DNA from: Antedon mediterranea
Lineage: Eukaryota; Animalia; Echinodermata
Direction: 5' to 3'
DNA length: 64,000 nucleotides
Assembly: GCF_964355755.1 (NCBI RefSeq)
Contig: NC_092671.1
Coordinates: 16,988,001 to 17,052,000, forward strand
This document shows, in pieces, positions 28,177 to 40,300 of this stretch (its first letter is position 1; each line of letters starts with the position of its first letter). The notes under the pieces are model-generated. The model saw nothing but the letters and a program-made list of their open reading frames with translations. It ran no database searches and was not told where the DNA came from. A program made the position numbers and the translations under genes.

Positions 28177-28300
28177 AAGATTGATTCCCACTTGGACACA
28201 ACACAAAGACGTAAGCGTGGCTCAAGTAATTTGACCTAATGCGATGGATTGTCCGGCCAACCTATGTTATTGCGTTGCATCCAAGAGGGAACAAAGCTTT
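28177..28300. mobile_element. MITE family D (aagcttggttcccact-type TIR)
   Basis: Related to 48293-48458; both end ...aagcttta. Confidence 0.5.
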
Positions 28301-29881
28301 AAATAGATTAGATATTGGCTTACATACACAAAATGGCCATTTTAGTTACTGTATATGAAATTATTATTTTAGCAATGACATTTCATGTTTTATAGTACAT
28401 TATCTTTACAATAAGATAGCTACGTTCACACTACCCCCGAGTGAAAAATCGTGAAATGAGTGCAGTGCTTAAGATTTAAACCGTCCCAAAGAAATGTTAA
28501 TGGTTGTTTAAGAATAGAACTGGTCACTAACATTAACACATTCTAGATTTCATAGAAAACAAACATGATCATGTGTAGCATGATCCAAGAAATTCTCTGA
28601 GTACTGGACCTAATTTGTTTTCAGAGTGAACGTGTCTTTAGCCTGAACAATTTCAGATACAATTGTACAAATCTATACCCTACAATTTTGTGGTACAGGA
28701 ATAGGATTTTAATTGCAGTTTCAAAATTTTTTATATATAAAAAAAGATTGTGAAATAAAAAAAAAAACAAATGCAAATATACAAATGTAGTATCTGTTTA
28801 TTTTCAATCTCAATCATCAAAAACCTTTAGTGTTTTATAATCTAATAATTCTTAACTTGCATAGCTGGTTAACGTTCTTATAATTAAATATTAAAATAAA
28901 ATGGGGTTTTTTGTGACGGTTTAGTTTACCCTATTTAGCACATTATATGTATGTTAAGTCATCTTAATATATATGTACAGTATTATTTGTACTATTGTAC
29001 ACACACTGACTTCCATTTTTAATACTGAACCAAGTTTGTTTAATCAAATTAACAATATTAAAATTTGTCTTAAATGTGCAGCATAGCACAGGATTGTAGT
29101 AAAATGCACCTTTTTTATTGTGAATATCACAAATAATGCTTATATTAATAGTACTGTGTCTTGGCCATTCATATATACACTATTATCATGTAACTACACG
29201 TATCGAAATTAAAATTATAAAACAATACATCATATAGTGAAATATACACATCTTGGCATAGAAGTATATACTAATAATGTGCCATGCAGTCCATGTTTGA
29301 ACAAAAATAGAATAGTCCATCTGTGCAAATTGAATATACCCAACTAAGTGAAATGTCTGGTACCAAATTATGTACAGTATATAGAATAATTGAATTACAT
29401 TTTTTGGATTAGTAAAATATTTTATATTTTTGTTACAATTAGAAGTTATAAACTAAATATACAGTAATTTACATAATTACAAAATAAATTATAAAATTGT
29501 CAGTTGAATTTTCAGTAAATACTAAACCACAACTTAAACTACAGTATTTTACTCTATTAAGAATTGTCCAATTTGACCATTTAAACTAGAGTTGTACTCC
29601 ATGGCAGCATTCATATTGTAATATATAAACAATAATATAATAAGATTTTGGAATTTATACAAACCCCCTTTTAATATTCAATACAGTATAACTATAAAAT
29701 TAATTATAAATCATGTTTAATAATACAAATGACTAAAATATAATGGAAGAAAAATAGTACAAAGTTCATACATTCCATTCTATCTAGCTATGCACAGCAG
29801 TAAACAAAGAAGAATGTGATGTTTCTTTAATTTCTCGGTTTAAAAAAAAAAAGTTACATAACAACATACTTGCATTTTTAA

Positions 29882-31329
29882 CTATTTCTTTGCTTCTGGT
29901 GTTTTCAAAGTCAATTGTCGTTGAACTGTTTGAGAGACACTACCAGGCATTCTCTTATGTTGGAATGATGTTAACCCACTAACAACACTTTGCATCAACG
30001 AGCCACTTGGCGGGGTAATATATGGGTTTGGTGTTGTGCTGGGTTGAATAGGTGAAAGGCTGGTTAATCCTTTTAACAGAGATGATGCATCTTGCAGCGT
30101 TTGGTTCGAGTAACGATAGGGATTCAAGTTCAATGGCGTGGGACTAATTCGTTGCGAAGTGGTGGTCACACTTTGGGAGAGACCTACTGGATTATATCGG
30201 AATTTAAGTGGAAGAGCTGTAGGTGGAACTGATGCTTGGGATGATAAGGAAACCACATTTCTCATCTTTACATCAATTTCCGAAGACTTTGTTTTCTGAA
30301 GAGTCGCAGCTGGTAGATATGTTTTCTTGGCAGCTACTGTCAAAGAGTTCAATCTTGAGTTTTTAATTGGTATATTTGTTCCACATGTTGATTGACAATG
30401 AGGAGTTACAGGCGCCATCCATGATAACAGATATCGACCCTGTGATGATGATACCAGCTTAGGGGACGAAGTTGGTGGTAGAACAAAGATAGGTGAAGAA
30501 TTTTGTGTTGTAGACAATGAATCGCACTTTTGTTTCGCTTGAAAATATGTGGTATCGATATCATCTGGTTTCATAGATGTTTCTGTTGTAATAGGAGTAG
30601 TTGAACTTGTAGACAACTCTGGAGAAGCATTACCATCATTACAAGATATTGTTTGAGGCTCAGAAGTCACCATGCACTTATCAATCTTCTTAAGAATTTG
30701 ATTCTGGATAGATTTTGTAACCAGAGGACTGATGGACTCTTGACATACCAAATCAACATCCTTAGTGTTAGTTCCCCATTGTGAGCTGCTACTGGGTACA
30801 TCCTTCTGTAAGATATACTTGAGATTGGCAACATCATTGTGTTGCTTTGTTACATATATCTTGTTAACTTCATCAACACCAGGCATCCTTAAAACCATTC
30901 CCTTTTTCATCAAACCATCAAGCTGTTGCTCTGTAAGTCCATGTTCCTGTAAGGGAACAATGTCCGTCTTTGATTTCTTCACTACTGGTTGATCTTGTTC
31001 TACTGGTTTTTTCTCTGGAACCATGAGTACAGACCTCTTGGTGGTTCTTCTAAAAATCTTCTTTTCCTCATTATCATAATGTACATTAGCCATTTCAGAA
31101 TCTTTAACAACAGGCCTACTGCATACATCAGGTGTGGCAAACAGTGCTCGGCATGGTCCGGAACCATTAGATCCACTAACCTTAGGAATGATTCTAGCAC
31201 TGGCAAGAGCAACCATTATAGCATTTTCTTGCTCCTGCTTCTCCTTTTGTCGATTTTTGGAAACCAAGCTTGAAACCTGTTTAGGATATTTCTTTTTTAG
31301 TTTTTCAAAATCTGCCTGGAATGATTCAT
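29882..31329 (-). CDS. E2F8: E2F7/8 terminal exon (long S/T/P/Q-rich C-terminus)
   Basis: 1448-nt open frame from a T-rich acceptor ([15 protein letters not shown]...) to TAG; contains track ORF 29882..31267. Confidence 0.88.
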
Positions 31330-34300
31330 CTAAAAAAAAAGTGACACCATGATGTTAGAGAAAGCAAAAAAAAATAATATAATAATGCATATAATATGGC
31401 ATATTTCAACACACATAAGTACAGTAGATTCTTGTTATTTGATTGCATGATTGTGGTCATGTGTTGCTATATATGCGAGCACTGCGCATGTATCGCACTT
31501 TCATTTTCGTTACAAAGTGAGCAACCGAAATGCACGGCATGAGGTTAGGCTGTTTGATCAACATCTAATGTGCACCGTCTATAATATAATTCGCATCCAA
31601 ATTGATTTAAATAATTTAATTTATTATAATTAAGTTATAGTTTTATGCATTAATCAACACGTCAAATTATATTAATATTTGACAAATACAGTCCAATTAT
31701 TAATACGACACATGGTGGTGGTTATACATTAATTATTAAGTAAAAAATAAAACTATTATTATTAATATAAAGTGGTCCGTTTCAATTTAGCTATGAGTCA
31801 TAGGACGACTACATATTATTATGATATTAGGGAGCTTTCGCTTTGCGACGACTGACCTAGGCCAATCAATGCGTCATCGCCTGGACCTCGAAACGAGATG
31901 AGGAGCGAAGACACGCGTATCAATATTATATTTTTGCGTGCACAACATGACATAGTTTGGTCGTCGCAAATCGAAAGGTCCTCAATAATAATAAACAACT
32001 TGAATGCTATACAACATTCTTAACTATATAGAACTCGTACCAATATTAAGTTCCTGCTTAATGGGCGTATTTGGTGCAGAAGAGAAAGCCTTTCGCTCCC
32101 TTTCTACTACATCACACATAACATTAAAAGAGGAATGTCTTGCCCAAGTCCTTTTCCTTGATTTGTCAGTACCTAAAAGAAAAATTAATGTTCGTACAAA
32201 TACTGCTACAAATTCCTGAAAACATATATTAGTATAATAGTATATAGCTTTCATTGATTTTACCAGAAACAAGAGTGGTATAGCCAAATAGTAAGGTAGT
32301 AATTAGACTACATGCAAGAGGCATGGGTTCAAGACAAGATACTTTACTCTTGTGATAAGACCATTGGACCCATGCACATAAACAAGCATTATTTGACAAC
32401 CAAATGTGGTGTGTCCATATATGGACATGATGATGTCATATGACTAACATATTTAAGGATATCACTATCATATTTGGGAAAATCACAGTGTGTGTAGACA
32501 GAGCTTAAGACTTGGTCACAGTAAAATTGAAAGCTCTTTATCAAATTTAGGATGGTGGAAAGATAATGCTAGTGGTGACAAAAATGGTTAGTATAATTGT
32601 GAATGTTACATACAGAGTGGTGACATATACAACAATGACAATAATGACGGTGACATTCAATAATGACGGTGACAATACTTACTAGGACTTGGTGATGAGC
32701 AAAGCAAGGAATGTTTTGTAAGTGGGCGCTTCTCGTTTGTTACGGTGTCTGTAAAAACACACACATTACACAATAAATAATCATTCCATTAATAATAATA
32801 ATAGTCTTATATAGCACTTAATACAATGTCTCTAAGCAGTATTCACAGGATCTCAAGCATATTTACTCATTTTTAAGCCAAATTAATACTGTGTAATATT
32901 AATGGTTTTTTCAGCAACATTTGACTCGGAGCATGCTCAGTGGTGGTAAAAGGTCGGAGAACCACTGTCACAAAGTTAGGAGTGTAGTCAAATAAACTTC
33001 CATTCTATCATAACAATGACACTACACAAATTGTATCCATATTAAAACAAATTCATTATTTTAAACAAAGAAATTTCAACATAGTTAATTACAGCAAGTC
33101 TTGAACCTACTTATATTGATATGACTTGGGTGTGGGCCAATCCATTTGAACGCTGGCTTGCGCCCCCTTGTCTCAGTCACATGTACTTTCTTGATAAGCT
33201 GAAGGCTGGTAAGAATGTTGGCAATATCATACAATCTTCGAACTTTGGCTGTAGAGAAACAAAAATAAAAGTTAGTATCTATAAGCAAATTTTAAAACTG
33301 GGGGATACAAAGCAACAAACAAAACTTGAGCTGACTATAACAATTATTAATTAAATATTTTAAAAGATTTCCTCATTTTAATGAACATTTGTATTTGCAT
33401 ATACCAAATATGGATGTATACAGAGATGTAACAAATGACACCTTATTCTTACTTTTTAATTTGGAACTTTCATCAATTAGAAAATCTTCATTTCCTATTA
33501 GAATCCTTGCAGCATCGTCAAGTGATATTAAACTAGAATCCTAAAAAAATAAAACAATTTAAAAAACATGTCAAAAAATAATCTGTTAATAAGCATCAAT
33601 TTTGTACAAACACTTAATTCTGTATCTATTGTTTTTTATAAGTAATAAAAAGGCAATTAATTTGAAATCAAGGAAATCTAACAAACTACAGGAAACTGAG
33701 CTCGCCTTGTCAAGATAGGATTTTTGATGTTATGTCTGGCTGCAACAGTACTGTACTATCTATATACTTTCCTTGGTGAGCAATGTCTGTTAAGGGGAGT
33801 GGAACTGATCGTGTCACAGCCACAGATAAACTCTTTGATCTCTGGATTTCAATTGCTTTTATATATCAAAACGTTGTTTTTATTGTGTGTGGACAGTTGT
33901 ATAATATGAAATAAAGTTTAAAATTAAATGTTATCATTCTCCTCAGGTCTGAAGGTCACTCTGTATGTTGTGTTCAAGAGGGTGTCAGCTTATTAACACA
34001 AGGAGTTCAGTTTATTATACACCAAGGGGTCTACTTATTAAACACAAGGGGGTCAGCACATTATACACAAGGGGGTGAGCATATTACACACATAGGGGTC
34101 AGCACATTACACACATAGGGGTCAGCATATTACACACATAGGGGTCAGCATATAAGACACATGGGGGTCATAATTTCTTACCTGTGATACTAAGAACAAC
34201 ATGATGAATTTTTGACTCATCACACCAAGCGATTTTTCTTTCCTTGAATCAACTACAAAAATATAGAAACATTTCAAATTATTGTTTACAATGGAATACT

Positions 34301-37300
34301 GCGAATTCCCTTACCATTACTAAATCCAATCACATTGCCTAAAGTGAACATACAGTAAAGAGTTCAAGACATTCCCAAACTGTGTAGTAGTTACTTGACT
34401 GCTTGATGTTAATGGGTCAGTTATAAGCTAATTATCTTATATGATTCTTCCTTTATTCTATATATATAAAAACTATACTGTTTGGGGATCTGGGTATAAA
34501 CAATTGTTTGTTTGTATTAAAAAGAAAACCGTAATGACAACATTTGAGTTTAGGTGTTAGAGATGATGTGCTTATAAGTGACTAGCAGTCAAGAGTAGGC
34601 TTGTTAAGGTTTAGGTGTTAGAGATGATGTGCTTATAAGTGACTAGCAGTCAAGAGTAGGCTTGTTAAGGTTTAGGTGTTAGAGATGATGTGCTTATAAG
34701 TGACTAGCAGTCAAGAGTAGGCTTGTTAAGGTTTAGGTGTTAGAGATGATGTGCTTATAAGTGACTAGCAGTCAAGAGTAGGCTTGTTAAGGTTGAGGTG
34801 TTAGAGATGATGTGCTTATAAGTGACTAGCAGTCAAGAGTAGGCTTGTTAAGGTTTAGGTGTTAGAGATGATGCGCTTATAAGTGACTAGCAGTCAAGAG
34901 TAGGCTTGTTAAGGTTTAGGTGTTAGAGATGATGTGCTTATAAGTGACTAGCAGTCAAGAGTAGGCTTGTTAAGGTTTAGGTGTTAGAGATGATGTGCTT
35001 ATAAGTGACTAGCAGTCAAGAGTAGGCTTGTTAAGGTTTAGGTGTTAGAGATGATGTGCTTATAAGTGACTAGCAGTCAAGAGTAGGCTTGTTAAGGTTT
35101 AGGTGTTAGAGATGATGTGCTTATAAGTGACTAGCAGTCAAGAGTAGGCTTGTTAAGGTTTAGGTGTTAGAGATGATGTGCTTATAAGTGACTAGCAGTC
35201 AAGAGTAGGCTTGTTAAGGTTTAGGTGTTAGAGATGATGTGCTTATAAGTGACTAGCAGTCAAGAGTAGGCTTGTTAAGGTTTAGGTGTTAGAGATGATG
35301 TGCTTATAAGTGACTAGCAGTCAAGAGTAGGCTTGTTAAGGTTTAGGTGTTAGAGATGATGTGCTCATAAGTGACTAGCAGTCAAGAGTAGGCTTGTTAA
35401 GGTTGAGGTGTTAGAGATGATGTGCTTATAAGTGACTAGCAGTCAAGAGTAGGCTTGTTAAGGTTTAGGTGTTAGAGATGATGCGCTTATAAGTGACTAG
35501 CAGTCAAGAGTAGGCTTGTTAAGGTTTAGGTGTTAGAGATGATGTGCTTATAAGTGACTAGCAGTCAAGAGTAGGCTTGTTAAGGTTTAGGTGTTAGAGA
35601 TGATGTGCTTATAAGTGACTAGCAGTCAAGAGTAGGCTTGTTAAGGTTTAGGTGTTAGAGATGATGTGCTTATAAGTGACTAGCAGTCAAGAGTAGGCTT
35701 GTTAAGGTTTAGGTGTTAGAGATGATGTGCTTATAAGTGACTAGCAGTCAAGAGTAGGCTTGTTAAGGTTTAGGTGTTAGAGATGATGTGCTTATAAGTG
35801 ACTAGCAGTCAAGAGTAGGCTTGTTAAGGTTTAGGTGTTAGAGATGATGTGCTTATAAGTGACTAGCAGTCAAGAGTAGGCTTGTTAAGGTTTAGGTGTT
35901 AGAGATGATGTGCTTATAAGTGACTAGCAGTCAAGAGTAGGCTTGTTAAGGTTTAGGTGTTAGAGATGATGTGCTTATAAGTGACTAGGCAGTCAAGAGT
36001 AGGCTTGTTAAGGTTTAGGTGTTAGAGATGATGTGCTTATAAGTGACTAGCAGTCAAGAGTAGGCTTGTTAAGGTTTAGGTGTTAGAGATGATGTGCTTA
36101 TAAGTGACTAGCAGTCAAGAGTAGGCTTGTTAAGGTTTAGGTGTTAGAGATGATGTGCTTATAAGTGACTAGGCAGTCAAGAGTAGGCTTGTTAAGGTTT
36201 AGGTGTTAGAGATGATGTGCTTATAAGTGACTAGGCAGTCAAGAGTAGGCTTGTTAAGGTTTAGGTGTTAGAGATGATGTGCTTATAAGTGACTAGGCAG
36301 TCAAGAGTAGGCTTGTTAAGGTTTAGGTGTTAGAGATGATGTGCTTATAAGTGACTAGGCAGTCAAGAGTAGGCTTGTTAAGGTTTAGGTGTTAGAGATG
36401 ATGTGCTTATAAGTGACTAGGCAGTCAAGAGTAGGCTTGTTAAGGTTTAGGTGTTAGAGATGATGTGCTTATAAGTGACTAGGCAGTCAAGAGTAGGCTT
36501 GTTAAGGTTTAGATGTTAGAGATGATGTGCTTATAAGTGACTAGGCAGTCAAGAGTAGGCTTGTTAAGGTTTAGGTGTTAGAGATGATGTGCTTATAAGT
36601 GACTAGGCAGTCAAGAGTAGGCTTGTTAAGGTTTAGGTGTTAGAGATGATGTGCTTATAAGTGACTAGGCAGTCAAGAGTAGGCTTGTTAAGGTTTAGGT
36701 GTTAGAGATGATGTGCTTATAAGTGACTAGGCAGTCAAGAGTAGGCTTGTTAAGGTTTAGGTGTTAGAGATGATGTGCTTATAAGTGACTAGCAGTCAAG
36801 AGTAGGCTTGTTAAGGTTTAGATGTTAGAGATGATGTGCTTATAAGTGACTAGGCAGTCAAGAGTAGGCTTGTTAAGGTTTAGGTGTTAGAGATGATGTG
36901 CTTATAAGTGACTAGCAGTCAAGAGTAGGCTTGTTAAGGTTTAGGTGTTAGAGATGATGTGCTTATAAGTGACTAGGCAGTCAAGAGTAGGCTTGTTAAG
37001 GTTTAGGTGTTAGAGATGATGTGCTTATAAGTGACTAGCAGTCAAGAGTAGGCTTGTTAAGGTTTAGATGTTAGAGATGATGTGCTTATAAGTGACTAGC
37101 AGTCAAGAGTAGGCTTGTTAAGGTTTAGATGTTAGAGATGATGTGCTTATAAGTGACTAGCAGTCAAGAGTAGGCTTGTTAAGGTTTAGGTGTTAGAGAT
37201 GATGTGCTTATAAGTGACTAGCAGTCAAGAGTAGGCTTGTTAAGGTTTAGGTGTTAGAGATGATGTGCTTATAAGTGACTAGCAGTCAAGAGTAGGCTTG

Positions 37301-40300
37301 TTAAGGATTAGGTGTTAGAGATGATGTGCTTATAAGTGACTAGCAGTCAAGAGTAGGCTTGTTAAGGTTTAGGTGTTAGAGATGATGTGCTTATAAGTGA
37401 CTAGCAGTCAAGAGTAGGCTTGTTAAGGTTTAGGTGTTAGAGATGATGTGCTTATAAGTGACTAGCAGTCAAGAGTAGGCTTGTTAAGGTTTAGGTGTTA
37501 GAGATGATGTGCTTATAAGTGACTAGCAGTCAAGAGTAGGCTTGTTAAGGTTTAGGTGTTAGAGATGATGTGCTTATAAGTGACTAGCAGTCAAGAGTAG
37601 GCTTGTTAAGGTTTAGGTGTTAGAGATGATGTGCTCATAAGTGACTAGCAGTCAAGAGTAGGCTTGTTAAGGTTTAGGTGTTAGAGATGATGTGCTTATA
37701 AGTGACTAGCAGTCAAGAGTAGGCTTGTTAAGGTTTAGGTGTTAGAGATGATGTGCTTATAAGTGACTAGCAGTCAAGAGTAGGCTTGTTAAGGTTTAGG
37801 TGTTAGAGATGATGTGCTTATAAGTGACTAGCAGTCAAGAGTAGGCTTGTTAAGGTTTAGGTGTTAGAGATGATGTGCTTATAAGTGACTAGCAGTCAAG
37901 AGTAGGCTTGTTAAGGTTTAGATGTTAGAGATGATGTGCTTATAAGTGACTAGCAGTCAAGAGTAGGCTTGTTAAGGTTTAGGTGTTAAGAGATGATGTG
38001 CTTATAAGTGACTAGCAGTCAAGAGTAGGCTTGTTAAGGTTTAGGTGTTAGAGATGATGTGCTTATAAGTGACTAGGCAGTCAAGAGTAGGCTTGTTAAG
38101 GTTTAGGTGTTAGAGATGATGTGCTTATAAGTGACTAGCAGTCAAGAGTAGGCTTGTTAAGGTTTAGGTGTTAGAGATGATGTGCTTATAAGTGACTAGG
38201 CAGTCAAGAGTAGGCTTGTTAAGGTTTAGGTGTTAGAGATGATGTGCTTATAAGTGACTAGCAGTCAAGAGTAGGCTTGTTAAGGTTTAGATGTTAGAGA
38301 TGATGTGCTTATAAGTGACTAGCAGTCAAGAGTAGGCTTGTTAAGGTTTAGGTGTTAAGAGATGATGTGCTTATAAGTGACTAGCAGTCAAGAGTAGGCT
38401 TGTTAAGGTTTAGGTGTTAGAGATGATGTGCTTATAAGTGACTAGGCAGTCAAGAGTAGGCTTGTTAAGGTTTAGGTGTTAGAGATGATGTGCTTATAAG
38501 TGACTAGCAGTCAAGAGTAGGCTTGTTAAGGTTTAGGTGTTAGAGATGATGTGCTTATAAGTGACTAGCAGTCAAGAGTAGGCTTGTTAAGGTTTAGGTG
38601 TTAGAGATGATGTGCTTATAAGTGACTAGCAGTCAAGAGTAGGCTTGTTAAGGTTTAGGTGTTAGAGATGATGTGCTTATAAGTGACTAGCAGTCAAGAG
38701 TAGGCTTGTTAAGGTTTAGGTGTTAGAGATGATGTGCTTATAAGTGACTAGCAGTCAAGAGTAGGCTTGTTAAGGTTTAGGTGTTAGAGATGATGTGCTT
38801 ATAAGTGACTAGCAGTCAAGAGTAGGCTTGTTAAGGTTTAGGTGTTAGAGATGATGTGCTTATAAGTGACTAGCAGTCAAGAGTAGGCTTGTTAAGGTTT
38901 AGGTGTTAGAGATGATGTGCTTATAAGTGACTAGCAGTCAAGAGTAGGCTTGTTAAGGTTTAGGTGTTAGAGATGATGTGCTTATAAGTGACTAGCAGTC
39001 AAGAGTAGGCTTGTTAAGGTTTAGATGTTAGAGATGATGTGCTTATAAGTGACTAGCAGTCAAGAGTAGGCTTGTTAAGGTTTAGGTGTTAGAGATGATG
39101 TGCTTATAAGTGACTAGCAGTCAAGAGTAGGCTTGTTAAGGTTTAGGTGTTAGAGATGATGTGCTTATAAGTGACTAGCAGTCAAGAGTAGGCTTGTTAA
39201 GGTTTAGGTGTTAGAGATGATGTGCTTATAAGTGACTAGCAGTCAAGAGTAGGCTTGTTAAGGTTTAGGTGTTAGAGATGATGTGCTTATAAGTGACTAG
39301 CAGTCAAGAGTAGGCTTGTTAAGGTTTAGGTGTTAGAGATGATGTGCTTATAAGTGACTAGCAGTCAAGAGTAGGCTTGTTAAGGTTTAGGTGTTAGAGA
39401 TGATGTGCTTATAAGTGACTAGCAGTCAAGAGTAGGCTTGTTAAGGTTTAGGTGTTAGAGATGATGTGCTTATAAGTGACTAGCAGTCAAGAGTAGGCTT
39501 GTTAAGGTTTAGGTGTTAGAGATGATGTGCTTATAAGTGACTAGCAGTCAAGAGTAGGCTTGTTAAGGTTTAGGTGTTAGAGATGATGTGCTTATAAGTG
39601 ACTAGCAGTCAAGAGTAGGCTTGTTAAGGTTTAGGTGTTAGAGATGATGTGCTTATAAGTGACTAGCAGTCAAGAGTAGGCTTGTTAAGGTTTAGATGTT
39701 AGAGATGATGTGCTTATAAGTGACTAGCAGTCAAGAGTAGGCTTGTTAAGGTTTAGGTGTTAGAGATGATGTGCTTATAAGTGACTAGCAGTCAAGAGTA
39801 GGCTTGTTAAGGTTTAGGTGTTAGAGATGATGTGCTTATAAGTGACTAGCAGTCAAGAGTAGGCTTGTTAAGGTTTAGGTGTTAGAGATGATGTGCTTAT
39901 AAGTGACTAGCAGTCAAGAGTAGGCTTGTTAAGGTTTAGGTGTTAGAGATGATGTGCTTATAAGTGACTAGCAGTCAAGAGTAGGCTTGTTAAGGTTTAG
40001 GTGTTAGAGATGATGTGCTTATAAGTGACTAGCAGTCAAGAGTAGGCTTGTTAAGGTTTAGGTGTTAGAGATGATGTGCTTATAAGTGACTAGCAGTCAA
40101 GAGTAGGCTTGTTAAGGTTTAGGTGTTAGAGATGATGTGCTTATAAGTGACTAGCAGTCAAGAGTAGGCTTGTTAAGGTTTAGGTGTTAGAGATGATGTG
40201 CTTATAAGTGACTAGCAGTCAAGAGTAGGCTTGTTAAGGTTTAGGTGTTAGAGATGATGTGCTTATAAGTGACTAGGCAGTCAAGAGTAGGCTTGTTAAG

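Noticed and set aside
29882-31267. Stand-alone 461-aa gene
   Set aside because: The track start is a TTG. The frame extends to an acceptor at 31329 and splices in phase to E2F7/8 exons, so this is the terminal exon.
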